DNA of 64,000 bases from Chiloscyllium plagiosum (lineage: Eukaryota): positions 92,614,540-92,678,539 of the forward strand of contig NC_057718.1 in assembly GCF_004010195.1 (NCBI RefSeq), in the 5' to 3' direction. The number at the start of each line of letters is the position of its first letter. Position 1 is the stretch's first letter. Below, one piece after another: positions 11,810 to 25,789 of this stretch. The position numbers and the translations under genes were made by a program. The notes beneath the pieces are model-generated. The model was given only the letters and a program-made list of their open reading frames with translations, ran no database searches and was not told the DNA's origin.

Positions 11810-13498
11810 GTGAGTGATGTTCCAAGCCAGCAAATGTAAGAGTTCAGTGGAATAATTTGACCAGCAGGATCATTTTAGCATCTGTCGTGTTATCCCTGCA
11901 GCTTTGATGTTTCTTCCTTATTTTGTTAGGGTACAGACTTAAAGCAGGAATCATGTCAGACAATGCTGGTTTAGCATACAGTAACGAGTACTGTGACCGC
12001 CGGATCCTGCCTGCAACCCCCTTCTCCCCCCCCCCCCCCCCCTCCCCAAAAAAACCCTGGTCACATTCATGCATGCATGCACCCCAGCTTAGTATTTGAT
12101 CTAACTCCACAATTAAACTGTCTCTTTTTTTAAGAACATTTATTCTCTGGAGAGAAGTGGCAGTCAAGATTATTCACATGGTGATCTATTCCAATAACTG
12201 TCAGTGAGTCAGGTGCCATCATTGCAGCCATTGTCCTTTGTGCCATATAAAATAAAGTTTTCCACAGTCAAACTTGTTGCAGAGTTTGATCTGATTAACT
12301 GAATTGTTGGTTGAAAATAATGTGTTCAGTATGTTTGCTGTTGTAATAATTTTGGGCACAGGGACCTTGGTATTTGATTTTTCAACAACAGGTCAAACAG
12401 AAATTGGAAAGTGAGTTGGAGCGTTTGCAAAATGGAACTTGTAAAAACTCAAGTGGCATAAATTTTCTCCATCATTAGTAGAAATCAGCCTTTCCTTTGA
12501 TTCATTGCGAGATTGGCCAGGGGAGCAGAAATATAAATCCTTTATTGTCAACCAGGTATGTAATGGTAATGATACAGATTTTAGTTGATTTGAAGCAGTT
12601 CACAAGCACCTGGACCTGTTTGGTTTGTAAGTCTTTTTGTACATGCAAATTGAAGGCTCCTGTGCAATTTTAACATTTTGTGATGCAAAAACTATGTGCC
12701 ACTCCCTATGTGGGGACAGCAAGACTGAAATGTCACATAGTGTCACATTACATAGTATTTGTAGAACAGAAACAGACCACATAGCCCAGTGGATTAGTGC
12801 CAGTGTTTGTGTTCTACATTAACCTCTTCCTACCCTTCTGGCATGTTGACAGATTCTTTTGGATTTTTGTCCCTTGTGTTTATCTAGCTTCTGTTGAAAT
12901 GCATAGAGGCTATTCATCTCAACTACTCTTTATCCTACTCTCTGGCTAGCGCAGTGTCTTCTGATTTCTGTTTTGGGTTTATTTGTGTTTGGCTCATAAA
13001 TATACAATCTAGTTCCCTTGGATGTATTAGTGGCTACCTTACATTTATGACCCTAATTCTACACTGCCCTGCACTTGGAAATATCTTCACTGGTGTGTCC
13101 TCATAATTTTATAGACCTCCAGGTTCCCCCGCACTGGATCTGGGCAAAATAGCTTGGAATTTTCAATCCTTCCTGATGGGCTCAAACACTCAGTTCAGTT
13201 CTCAGTGGTAAATCAATAAAGACATGGCTGTCATTATGAAGTTTTTCTGTGGAAAAATTAACTACTGTTTTGGATATTGAACTTTGATACGCAGGTGTTA
13301 AAATTTTGTTTTGGGAGTGATGTTTCACATCTTTCAAAGCTGCAGAATATGAATCATTGAAAAAGCTATTGGCTTCAATTCCAACACCCATAGCAAACTG
13401 CATTTTTATATTTGTTAAATTGTTTTAGCATAAAAAGAATAACCTAGTTTGTATTATATGCACAAGTTGTACATATTGTTTCTTTAATTTTGTTTTAG

Positions 13499-13635
13499 CC
13501 ATGTTATGTCAAAAGATCGCTCTCAAGGAGGAAGTGGTGTTTACAGTTACACCCCTCCGCCTCTTTATCAACAAGCGAAAAATTCTCGGCCCCCATTGAT
13601 GAGAGCACCACCATCTCTTACTGTCCCATTGCCAA
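13499..13635 (+). CDS. XRN2: XRN2 coding exon (low-complexity C-terminal tail)
   Basis: ttttag acceptor; HVMSKDRSQGGSGVYSYTPPPLYQQAKNSRPPLMRAPPSLTVPLP; gtaagt donor; phases fit both neighbours. Confidence 0.92.
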
Positions 13636-14789
13636 GTAAGTTATTTGACAAACCTGTGATTTACAGATTAAGTAGTAAGCAATACATAAAGTAAGGACTA
13701 AACTTGACAGACTTAGGATTCTGTTTTTCATAGGAAAAATAAAACTTGTGTGAAAAATTAAGCACTCTTAGCAGTGACAGTAAACTTGTGGCCTGTTGAC
13801 ATTTTAGTCAATGGCCCTTTGGAACATAACTTGCAAAAACTGGTAAACCTATTAAACTTCCCTTTCGGACCTTCATACAGCTGTCTTCGTAAATGTTTCT
13901 CCTCAACAAATCCACGCTGTCCTTGCAAGTCCATACCCAATCTTTTTTTTTCTCTCCTTCAAGTACTTGTGCATGTTGATGGTTTACAAGAACATGCATT
14001 TTTCCAGCAACTCGAATGTTTGGATCTCTAGAGAGAGTCCACTTCTGCAATAGCTTCGAAGTTGTCCTAACCAAAGGCACAAATAATAATCTCTCAAATG
14101 GTGATTGTGTTGTACATATTCCTCCTCAGTGGCTTAGCTATGCTACAGGTTTTGACAGAGTCAAGTATAATTTCTCTCATCAATCTTCGTGGGACTGCTC
14201 TTACTTTGACTCTCAGCTGTCAAATCTTAGATACAATATGAGAGCAGAGGCTCCTGTTGTTAAATAGATGTACAAATTCTAGAATCTTTTGCAGTTCTGT
14301 TTTTTTTTTACTGTGACAGACAGCTGCATCTGAACACATGACATTAGCTTTCACTTGTATGTTTGTGATGTCAAGCTGTTCTTTTGCATAAAATCTCAGC
14401 CATTCCACTCTTACTATATTGTCAGATTTTGTCCAGCATACAGTCTTTGAACTCTGATAAAATTTAGCCAAGCTTTCAGAAGAACAAACTGTTGCATCCT
14501 ACCTCAAATTCTGTACCTTTTCCTTGAATTTCATTCTCAGTGGATACTGTCTTAGTTCAAATTACTGTTCGCTACTTTCACATCACGGGACAACATTGCA
14601 GTTCTGGAAATCCTTTCCTATCCCTTCTCTACATTCATGATTTTTCTCAAAACCCAGCTCTTTAACCAAAGTCAGTTTTTCAGTTTGGTGCCCACTTTCG
14701 TCCTATCAGATCACTTAAGCAACTTTAGGTGAAGTTCTATGTTAATGGCATGATCCAAGTATAAATTGTAATAGTGAGATTTGCATTTT

Positions 14790-15100
14790 CTGTTTGCCCT
14801 ATCTCTGCTACCTCCTCCAGCCCTACAACCTTCCGAGATCTTTATGTTCCATCAATTGTGGTCTCTTGCACATCCCCAGTTTTGATTTGCCACTGATGCT
14901 GGTGTCTTCAGCTCCCTGGCTCTAAGTTTTGGAGAACTTTGCTGTAAGTCACTCCACCTTTCTCTCCCTTTTTTAAGACATTCCTTGAAACAAGCTTTTG
15001 ATCATGTATCCTAACTTCTGCTTAAGTAACTGTTGAGGTTTATTTAAAGCATTTTTGAGACAATTTGGTGGGCTAATTGTGCTGTATCAGGGCAAATTGT
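14790..15100 (+). mobile_element. L2-like LINE 3' end
   Basis: ctccagccctacaaccttccgagatct...cttcagctccctgg...ttaagacattccttgaaac resembles L2 3' ends. Confidence 0.5.
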
Positions 15101-18100
15101 TGAGCATGGATGACACTTTGGTTTACCAAGTTCCTGCTTATTGATAGGGAAGTTAATTTTAGTCTAATCTGATTCCAGTTGTTGCACACAGTCCAGTTGT
15201 TTTATCTGTGAGACTCTTGACCTCTTCTCAACCTAATTGTACATCGGAAGTGTGATGGGAATTGTTGCAAAATAGAGCTGTTTGTTCATCTATCAACCTT
15301 GTTTTAAAAATATTAACGGCATTTATGTGGCAACCTTCATGTGAAGTTAAATGTCGGAGCATCTTTCAGTCAACTTGGAGGAGTGCTTACAAAATGAAAA
15401 GGCTGGGGACTTTAAACTTTGAGACTTTTCAATGCAACTAATCTCACCTTCCTATACTTTGTCTGGTCTTTCTTGAAGAGCTTCAGCTTGACTGCTGATC
15501 CAATCCTTGAACTATAATACTCAAGCAGGTCCTTGAGTTGTGTATAGATTTCTATGCCTCTGTACCTGCATGTAAAGGTTGGTGTTTCTCACTGCTGCTA
15601 TTTGGCCCCCAAGGAAGATGTGTAATTGTTAGCCATCCTGGCAATATGGAGACCTTCACCTGGCTACCTTATAGTTAAAACGATGCTGCAATATCCTGAG
15701 CAACCAAAGCAATGTTCTGTTCTCCTGGCACTTTACTTTGAGTTTTTTTGACACGATGTGATAAAAGTCATGTGATGGAAAAAGGTATGTGGAAAATTAG
15801 TTTTCTGCCTTGCTTTCCTGACCAATTTTCTAAATTGACTGGGATTCACTCTCCATAATGTTTTTTGACTTTTGTACCTCCCAGTATCTTTCTCTGTTTG
15901 GAATTGCTACACACACAAACAAAGAATTAAGTGCAGACAGTCTAAAGGACATAAGCACTGATAAAAGAAGAAAGGAGAAGTGTGTCTTTAAAAGGACTTA
16001 TTTATACTCAAGTAAGGTTGAGACATAGAGACTCTCTTGAATTATTCAGCAAACCCCTGTCCTCACCATTAGGCCATCACTGTTGCTGTACAGATGCTAT
16101 CTTGGCCATTTTTGTTCTCTTATACTGCATTGTGTGTTCATGAGAGACATAGTATGTGCACATAGCTATAATGTAAAGCCTTAGCTACAAAACATAAAGG
16201 CTTTATGCACTTTAAATTTGATCTTTTACCTTTTGTTTACTAATTTGTAGCCACATTTTCTCTTTTGTAATGGAATGTTTTTTTAAATTCTAGCTCCAAT
16301 TGCAAATGCTAGAAATCTTGAAGGTTGTTGACCCTGAATGTTCACTTGCCTTTATGGTTTCAGATGCTGATTCACCTGCATACTTCAGGCATTTTATTTT
16401 CTTTTTGTTCGACAGCTCTTTACTTTTCTGCCTCCTGGCTGGAGCTGGAACCCACATTAAATTACTACATAGAATTTTACAACGCTGAAACAAACCATTC
16501 TGCTATTGTTTATGTTCCACTAGTTTCCTGTCTCTGTACATCATCTTGCATTATCACCATTTCCTCGTTTTCCTCCTCCTTCACGTCTTCCCACTTGAAT
16601 GCACTAGTTTTGCCATTGCATGTGGTAGTGAGTTTCATATTTTCAGCACAACTTAACATTGAACACTGAAAAACTGGCCTAGTTTTCAGTCATTCGAAGT
16701 TTGAAAGTTTAAAACAATGGATCACTGTTGTCATGTGCTAGGAAGTCAAAACATGTAAGTATGCTGCTCAGTGAATTATTTGCGTAGTCAGGCAGCAGCA
16801 AGTTATGACAAATTGGTGCCTTAAATTTATTTATGTATTTAGAAAATGTAATTCAGGAATAGACCTCATTCTGTGTTTGTGTCAAGCAGCTTTTCCGTAT
16901 ATATTTCTTAGCACAATTGGCTGAAACTGCTGCATTTAAACATTCAGCTATAGTATACTTTGTGTAAAGATTTTTAGCATGTTATTTCTTGATGGCTTTG
17001 GTGCTATATTGAAGAGTGAACCTGAAAGACACATACCACTTTGAGACGAGAATTATATGACTTTGCAGTGGTCTTTGTAATGACAGTCCTGTTTGGCAGC
17101 AGTATGAAATAGGTGGATTGATTTTGAATAGAAAGAAATGTTGAAGTCTGAACTTGATAGCTACAAAAAGACGAGAGTTTCAGACCTATCTATTTTCAAG
17201 AACATTAAAAGCTGCACGGTAAACTTAACATATGTTGTATTTGTGCATAGCACGTTGTGATTTAGGTAAAATGGAATTAAAACACTTCGACATTTGTTAG
17301 CCGCAGCCCCGTATAGCTTTATTTATTTCAGAATTTGAGGAATGTTAAATAACACAAATACAAACCCAGGTGCTGCAGTTTCTGTGGTGGTCATTGAGGA
17401 GGACTTTTTTTTTTCAAATGTTTGCTGCATTGTAAAGATTATAAATATCTGGTCACGTGGTCTTGCCATTGTCTTTCCCAGTTATCATCATTAATGCATC
17501 CTTTGTTAAATTTCTGTTCAGTTACAATAATTTGTTTTTCATGTCACTAGTGGACATTACAATGTGTATACAATATAACCAGTTAATTCCTGTTTTTTCC
17601 TACACTCAATTTAAAATTGTTAACACAGTAAAATCATCATAGTTCTTCTATTACCTGCAGCCCCCCCCCCCTCCCCCAAAAAAAAAACACACAATCTATT
17701 GACTGCCTTTGGAAAATTGCATAATAAGCTTGTGGTGCTGAGAATTTTATTGGAAGGACAGAACGGTCAATCAGTGTTATTTTCTTTCCCCTTCAACCCT
17801 AAAATATATAATGTGGGTGTTTCCATCAGTAATCTTTGATTTTGCTGGGATATTTCAGTCTACATACTGCTGATGAATTGTCTGAGGGCTGATAACTTGT
17901 GGGAGTCAAGTGCTGGCTGCAAGCACTCGATGTGAATAGCATATTTGGTTTTTGCCATCCAAAATTGAATCTGATTTATGACATGCTTTCATTTCAATGT
18001 AAGCTTCCCAATTAACTACATTTGAAAATTGGTTTTGATTAGTGCAATCAGTAAACACCAAGGTTTTTCCTGATTGTCACACTGATTGGAAGAGTTCTCA

Positions 18101-19249
18101 CTTCAGTGCACAGTGGAAATGTTAACAAACATCTAAGCATGTGACCTAATAGCATTGAAAAGTGATGAGCTTTTCTTTCTGCAATTTAATGTTCTGTGTA
18201 TAAAATAAAACGTTTTTTTATCTTGACACTGCTACTAGGTGAATCAGTGTGTTTTCCTGTAATGTACCCGATGTTACGAGAGTTAAATCAGCATTTTCAT
18301 TTTACGGATTGGTGTCTTGATTTGTATTCCCCGTCATGTAAAAATGTGGGTAATTATTCCAAGAATTTTCTGAAGTGATTTTCCACAAGCCCAAAACCTA
18401 ATCAGTCTGTCTTAAGTAATAGGAAAACCTTGAGTTTGAATCCTCATTTAAATGTGCGAAAAGCATGTACAGGAGCAGAATGATTAGCATCATGTTGCAA
18501 ATTTATGGAAATATTCAGTTTGGAGTTGTGATTTCTATAATGTGTTAAAATTCCACAAACATTCCAAAAGTAATTCTTAATTGGCTGTTTTAAAAACTGA
18601 ATTTAATGCTTAAACATGGAGCTGCTGCAATATTACTTTTCCAGAAAATACGATATTCATACATTTGAGCCAAGATCAGCTATATTTGTATCTCTTTATT
18701 TGCCATTGTGCCATATAGCACAATGTCAGTAAAGTTACTCGGAAGTCCTTTCTGTATGTTGGGGATTATAATACCTTTATTATCAAGATTTCAATGTATG
18801 TTCTCGTGAGCATGAGGTGAACCCATTCCTGGGCAGTGTATATTCAAACTGAATATTGATTAAAGTCCATCTGGAAACATACTCCAATTGTGAGTAACTT
18901 TGCCCACAGTGAATCATAGGTTACACTTACACAAGGTCTGGTGGTGGGGTTAGGATGTCAGAATTGCCTCCAAAACTTCACAAATGATAGGGTGCTACCA
19001 GGAGAGGGTATTATTTTAACAAGCAATTGTTTTGAGTTCTCAGCATAAATAAAAGCTGGTGTTGTATCATTTTAGGATATAGTCCTGACTACTTCTACTC
19101 ATACTCATCGTCGGCAATCACCTATGACAACTATTTGTCATTACCGTTATTAATAAAATCTACCCTTTGCACCAGCTATTTTGTGCAGCCTAGTGTTTAT
19201 TGATATAAATTCTCTGGCTTTGAAGCAAGAGTGAAGTCTTCAAGCTGCT

Positions 19250-20830
19250 TCAGATCATAAGAAATAGGAATAAGAGTAGGCCCTTTTGCCATTCAATGCA
19301 TCCGTTTTGCTGCCCTTGCCCTGTAATCCTTGATTCCCCTACTGATATCTATTTCAGCATTAAGTTTACACAAGGGCTCTGCCCCCACACCCCTCTTGTG
19401 GGAAGAAGTTCCAAAAAGAGACAGCCCTCTGAGAGAAGAAATTCCTCCTCGTGTCATTCTTAAATTGGCTGGCACCTTTCGGTCTTAAATTGGCTGACAA
19501 TGCCCTCCAGTCTTAGACTCCCTCCATTAGGGGGAGCATCCTCTCAGCTTTTAGTTAGTCAAGGCGCTTAAGAATTGTGTACATTTCAAAGATCACCTTT
19601 TTTTCTTCTAAATTCCAGTGAGTCCCAACTTATTTAACCTTTGCTTATAAAGCAGTCTGTATACTGTGGATCATCCTAATGAATTTTCCTGAACTGTCTC
19701 CGATGAAAGATCTTTAATACAGGGGCCAACACTGTTCTCAGTACTCTAGATGAGGTCTCACCATCATTTGTACAGTTGCCATAAGATTTATTTCCTCTGA
19801 TACTCCAACCCCCTTGAAATAAAGGGCAACATTCAATTAGCCTTCCTGATTTCCTGCTGTACCTTCTTGCTAGTTTTCAATGTTTTTGGCACAAGTATCT
19901 GAAATAGACCCTTCGGTCCAACTCGTCCATGCAGACCCGATATCCGAAATTAATCTGGTCCCATTTGCCAGCATTTGGCCTATATCCCTTTAAACCCTTC
20001 CTACTTATGTACCCATCCAGATACCTTTTTAAATGTTGTGGAGGAGCCCGTGTCTAACTGGAGTGGACAAAGTTTAAAAATCACACAACACCAGATTATA
20101 GACTAACAGGTTTATTTGGAAGCATTAGCTTTTGGAGTGTCGCTGCTTCCTGATGAAGGAACTGTGTTCTGAAAGCTAGTGCTTCCAAATAAACCTGTTG
20201 GACTATAACCTGGTGTTGTGATTTTTAACTTTAAATGTTGTAATTGTGCTAGCCTCCACTACTTTCTAGCAGCTCATTCTATATACGCACCACCCCCCTA
20301 TGTGAAAAAGTTGCCCCTTACGTCCTTTTTCAATCTTTCCCCTCTCATCCTAAACCTATGCCCTCTGGTTCTGAACACCCCCAATCCAGGGAAAAGACCT
20401 TGTCTATTTAACCTATTCATGCCCCTCATGATTTTATAAACTTTTATGAGGTCACTCCTCAGCCTCCAATATTCCGATAGTCCTAGTCTATTCAGCCTCT
20501 CCCTGTAGCTCAGACTCTCAAATCCTTGACATCCTTGTAAATCTTTTCTGAACCTTCTCAAGTTTCACAGCATCCTTACAATAGGATGGAGACCAGAATT
20601 GCACACATTGTTCCAGAAGTGGCCTAACCAACGTCCTGTCCAGCTGCAAATCCCTTTGAGTTTCAGCAAAATGCAGTTTTTGGTAATTTCAATAATACTT
20701 TTTTTTTTTGTTTTCCCTTCCATTTTATTACATTACACCCTGTTTCTCAATTTTTTGCCCATACAATTAACCAGCAATATATCTCTGTAAACTGCTTGTA
20801 TCCCTTTTGCAACTTGCCTTTCAGCCTATT
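19250..20830 (-). mobile_element. Nested CR1-type LINE fragments
   Basis: Older CR1 3' end interrupted by a younger one (about 19900-20650; minus ORF ...LSYRERLNRLGL...VYKIMRG...RTRGHRF...). Confidence 0.88.
20040..20229. mobile_element. Second-family palindromic PLE-type insert with hammerhead core
   Basis: Inverted arms about 20069-20132 / 20172-20232; + strand core ctgatga-a-ggaac-tgt-gttct-gaaa-gcta (20150-20178); direct repeat tttaaatgttgt (20028-20039, 20230-20241). Confidence 0.78.
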
Positions 20831-21059
20831 TTTGTGTCCACCTGTTTTATTTTCAGTCAGCTGTGGTGCTGTAAACAATTGACCTTTTGTAAGTAACAGT
20901 CCAAATAACTGATGGGTTTCAATAAGGATAACGCCATTGATGTTATGGGTAGTTGGTTAGAATCCCTCTGGAGAAGAATATTACTTGAATTTATGGGCCC
21001 CCTCAACCCTTACATGAGGGTTGTATCTTTTGCACAGTGATCTTCAATGCAAAACCAAA

Positions 21060-21305
21060 GAGGCTCAGTGGTTAACACAGTTGCTTCACAGTGACAGAAT
21101 CTGGGTTCAATTCCAACCTTGGGCGACTGTCTCTGTGGAATTTGAATATTCTCCCTGTGGTCCGGTTTCCTCCCCCAGTCCAAAGATGTGCAGGCTAGGT
21201 GGATTAGCTGTGGGCAATGCATGGTTACAGGGATAAGGTGAGGCAGTGGGTCTGGGTGACTTGCTCTTTGGGGTCCTGTTTTCATACTGTAGGGATTCTA
21301 TTATT
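21060..21305 (+). mobile_element. HE1-type SINE (internally deleted)
   Basis: ggctcagtggttaacac / gggttcaattcc boxes; tail ctgtagggattctattattcta. Confidence 0.85.
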
Positions 21306-22164
21306 CTAAAGCTCTCGCCTTCATTTGCGATTGTCTAGCTTGATGGGGGAATGAACCCAACAACTTTTGAATTCCTAGCATAAATACTGTCAAAGACCTT
21401 GAAGTTTAATGGTTATCTTTTGTGACTTTAATTCCTGAACTTTTGATGATTTAAAATGTTTTGAAAACAATATCTTTAGCAGCATGAAACCATTCAAATT
21501 TGTTTACACAAAATTGTCCGTTTGCTGTCATTGAAGGTAATTAATGTTGTACTCCCTAGCTTGTTAATGTTACTACAAAGGAAGGGGATTAAACCATTCC
21601 ACCGTTAAAAGCTCACAAACACCTCATCAACTCGTGACTGATCTGTACCCTAACTGCCTGTGGACCTGCTCTTGTTTCATTTCCTTTGACGCCTTTAAAT
21701 GACAGCATTACAGATTTAACATTAACAATTGATCCAGAATCAATTGTCATTTATTTGTGAGAATTCCAAACTTCTGTCACCCTTTGTGTTTCCTGATTTC
21801 ACTTATGAAAGATCTGGATCTCTGTTTTTAGATTACGCTATCTAATTTTAGATTCCCTAAACAGAAATAATTTATCTCCATTTCCTCAATATGCTTCCCA
21901 GAATATTTTGAAAACTTTGATCACATTGTACGTTAACATGCTAAATTTGGGCACCGCCACCTTAGCTTGTGTAATCTGTTATAAATTTAATCCGTCACGA
22001 TTAGATATGATATATCTACTCCATGCATGACCAATTTATCGTATCAAAGGTTTGGTATCCAAAATTGCTTGCAATAACGCAGTGTGGTCTAATCAGAGCT
22101 TTATAGAGCTGAAGCATAACCTATTTTCTTTAGGTAAGGTCTACATTTGTTCCCCATCCATACA

Positions 22165-22435
22165 TACTTAGAAGGTAGCTAAGAGTCAGTGATATAGCTG
22201 TGGGTCTGACGTCTCATACAGGCCAGACCAGGTAAGGATGGAACATTCCGTTCCCTAAAGAACATTAATGAACCAGTTGGGTTTTTATGATCGTCACTGA
22301 TTGTTCTCAGTAATGAAATTGGCTTTATATTCCACACTTTAAATTCCAGCAGCTGTGGTGATCAGATTTGAACCTGTCTCCAGAGCATTGGCATAGATCT
22401 ATGTGTTGTTGGTCCAATGACATTTACCACAGCAT
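22165..22435 (-). mobile_element. tRNA-derived SINE of a different family
   Basis: Minus strand B-box-like ggttcaaatc; body ...gctgtgggtctg...ggccagaccaggtaaggatgg...; family recognised from recall, not verified. Confidence 0.6.
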
Positions 22436-23969
22436 TCCATTCATTCTGTTGCCCGCATATATCCTATTCCTCTTGATATAAAGGGAGCATTTCTGTAGTC
22501 TCTTTTTTGTTACTTGGTGTACCCATTCTTTAATTTGTGTACCTGAAACCCATATGTCTCCAAACATTTCTAGCTTTTAATTTTTTGGAAAATATTCTTC
22601 CATCCTTTTTTATATCCAAGGTGTAGGGTTTCATATTTGCTGACATTAGCTGCAATTTAACCAATTCACTTTTATTTTTGTAATTTTATGCTTCCCTCTG
22701 CACTACTTACACTCTTCCTATCTTTGCAACATTGTCAAATTTGGATAGGTTAATTACTATTTCATCATCTAAGTCATGAATAAATAGTAAATAGTTGAGG
22801 GCAGAGTACAGATTGCCTCTAACTGCATTGATTTTCTTTTATATAAAAGGTGCCTTGTTGTGCGATGATACATTGGAGTACCAATGTGCAGTGACACAAG
22901 AGTGAATGGTGGGAACTCCCAAAACCCTTTTGCTGAGTTCTTTCTGCAATATTGATGTGATGAATGCTAAGTTAAAGGCATGTATCTTTCCATGGTAGAA
23001 AGAGTTGTTAGCACATGGTAAACCTCTTAGTAGATGATATGAAGTCAAGGTTAGGTGTTATAACACAAGGCAGGAAAGAAATGGGTGATGGAGAAGAAAG
23101 CATTGCAGCTTATGTATATCTGAGAGTATTTCTGTATTCCAGTGTTATTAGGTGTAGACCAGAATTTGATCATTGGACGATTTAAAGTATTAATATTTAT
23201 GATTTATAATATATTCGAGAATAGAACCTGAACTATAACCTGAATTGTCATTTTGTAAGTGGCAAGACTGCTTTAATGACTGAACAAATTTTAGGTAATC
23301 TAGAGTGTGATCCCATTCAGTTAAAGCTGTTTTTGCTGCTTTCACTGTTGGTGAGGTCAAATAAAATTGAATGGTATGCGAAATATGCCTGACCAGGGTA
23401 ACATAAACGAATGCAAAATCAGCTAAAGTGAATTTGAAACTTCTGTCAAAATATTGTCCTAAAGATGAGGGATGATTTGAGATGGAAAATTAACATAGAC
23501 CATTTTGAGAGTCTAAAGTCAGCACCAGGCATGTCCAAGTTCGTAAAGAATAGCTACATGAAGAACAGAGAACGCTTCAAAAATTTATTACAATCCCAAT
23601 TTCAAGAATATCCTCATCACAACTTTGGTCTAAAACTGCAGACATGAGCTGAACCCAAGAGAGTGAAGTAAGAGTGAATCAGCCTTGACCTCAAGCCTGC
23701 ATTTGACCAAATGACATAACGTGCTGGGAGGGGGTACCTCTTTATACTGGTTAGAATCTCTCTTCCCATGAAGCAAGATGGGTTTTCTTTGTTGGAGAGT
23801 AATAACCTCAGTCCTAAGTCATCTGTGCAGGAATTCCTCATTCTATGTGCTTTCTCATCAACCTGTTCAGAAGTGTCATTGCCCATCTCTGGAACAGGTA
23901 GGACTTAAATCCAGGCCTCCCAGTTCAGAGGTAGGGACACTGCCACTGCACCACAAGAGCCCCATTGAC

Positions 23970-24790
23970 TAATCATCTTCAGCTGCTTTCATCAAAGACC
24001 TTCCTTCCAAAATACAGTCAGAACTGACAAAGTTTGCTGATGATTACAAGTACGATTGGCAACTTCTTAAATGTGGAAGCCAGTAAGGAGCAGAATCAGG
24101 TTTGAGCTGAGAAGGAACACACAACATTTACACCACGTGAGTATTGGGCAATCACAATCTTCAGTGAATGGCAATCAGACTATATCCCCATGACATTCTG
24201 TTGTACTGCCACCACTGAACTACCAACGTTTTGGTTGTTACTATTGACCCGAAACTGAGCTGGATTACCTGTATAAATATTGCAGTTTCGAAAGCAGGTC
24301 AGAGACTGGGAATTCTGAGGCAAGTAACTCACTTACTGACTTCAAAGCCTGTCCATCATCGGCCAGGCACAAGAAATGATTTTGATGAAATACTTTGTTT
24401 GATTGGTGCCCGATCCACCAACATTTACTCCCTCCACCACCAATGTACAATAATATGTGTATTATACACAAGATGCACTGTAGCGACTTAGCAAAGTTCC
24501 TTCGACAGCACCTGCCCAACTTGTGGACAGGATAGCAGGAACGTAGAAGAATACCATCACTTGCGATTTCCCCCCAAAGCGGCAAACTAGCCTGACTTGG
24601 AACTATATCTTTGTTTCTTCACTGCCCAGGTTAAAATCTTAAAATTTCCTTTCCAGCAACACTGTTGGTACATCTCATCAGATAGATTTCAGTGGTTCAA
24701 AAAGGCAGTTCATCACCACATCCTTGGGGGCTAATTAAGGATGGCCTGCAAATTCTGATCTTGTCAGCAATGCCGATATGCCATGATGGG
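23970..24790 (+). mobile_element. LINE (CR1/L2 group) ORF2 3' fragment
   Basis: tttgctgatgat (FADD); VTIDPKLSW...AGQRLGILRQVTHLLT; homologous to 3710-4620. Confidence 0.8.
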
Positions 24791-25309
24791 CAAATGAATT
24801 TTTAAAAATTCTATCATTCTGTAATTTTCCTTCCCCCACATGGTTTTGCTATTGCAATGCCTGCCATGAATTGTCTTACTATGTGTCAATTTTTGACTTA
24901 ATTAGGCACTGGGAAAGTAGAGTGATTATCTTAAATTTTAAAGAACCTTGAAATTCACCAAGGCATCAAAGATGAAATGCTCGTGTTTAATGTCTTTCAA
25001 AATTTTGCATATTAATTTAAAACTATTTAAAAAATAAAGTTTGTGATTTTTTTTGTAGTCAATGGAAAGGTAATCTTGGTCAGTAAAAAGACATTGATTA
25101 TCTACATACTTTGTGGGATTTCATTAAAACTTAATTGACTGCCTGATTGATATTGTATAAACTGACATGTAATTGTAATGAACCATGTGAAGAACTGGAT
25201 AGATTTTATGTGGCCTGTTTTCATAAAATCCCAATATTCAAGTGCTCTCGTGCAAAATGTAACATTTTTAAAAATATTAATTCTATTAACATAGCTGTAT
25301 CATTTACAG

Positions 25310-25373
25310 GTTTGAGACCACAAGATTCATGGCGAGGTCCACAACCACTTTTTCAGCAGCTTATACCTCAGAG
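25310..25373 (+). CDS. XRN2: XRN2 coding exon
   Basis: tacag acceptor; (S)LRPQDSWRGPQPLFQQLIPQ(R), cf. human MRPQDSWRGPPPLFQQ; gtaaga donor. Confidence 0.96.
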
Positions 25374-25459
25374 GTAAGAATAATCACATGTAATTTCAAG
25401 GCTATTATTTATTCAATCTCTCTAGAAGTTAATGTAATGAGTGTAGTATTTGCCTTTGC

Positions 25460-25640
25460 CTTTTTTGCTTTTTACCTTGGCCAGTGTCCCTCGACAAACA
25501 TCTCTGAAAAGAGATTAACTAGGCATTTTTCTTATTCCTGTTTATGAAACCCTACTGTGCACATTTGGCTGTTATGTTGCATCACTTAAAACATACTTCA
25601 TGGTATGCTTAAGATCTGAAAGGCACCTTATAAAATGGCA
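25460..25640 (+). mobile_element. Possible Deu-domain SINE (SacSINE1/AmnSINE1-like) remnant
   Basis: ctgtgcacatttggctg...tacttcatgg...tgaaaggcaccttataaaatg resembles the Deu-SINE 3' region; from recall. Confidence 0.4.
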
Positions 25641-25789
25641 GTGTGTTTTTCAGGTTCTTTGTGTCAATCTTATTAATTTTGATCTGATGTTCAGATGGGG
25701 TATGTGGATACATATGATGAGTACATTATGGTCATTGATTTGCCATTTTTCCGGATAGTCTTGTGATACCTGCCACAGTTGAAGTTATA

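Noticed and set aside
12024..12056. Poly-C runs (here, near 17661, 47813 and 62834) as G-quadruplex elements
   Set aside because: Simple homopolymers with no supporting context; their lengths are error-prone.
18160..18380. gtgatga as a possible C/D-box snoRNA in an XRN2 intron; likewise the ctgatga motifs
   Set aside because: No convincing D box with a terminal stem at suitable spacing; the ctgatga motifs in repeats fit hammerhead cores better.
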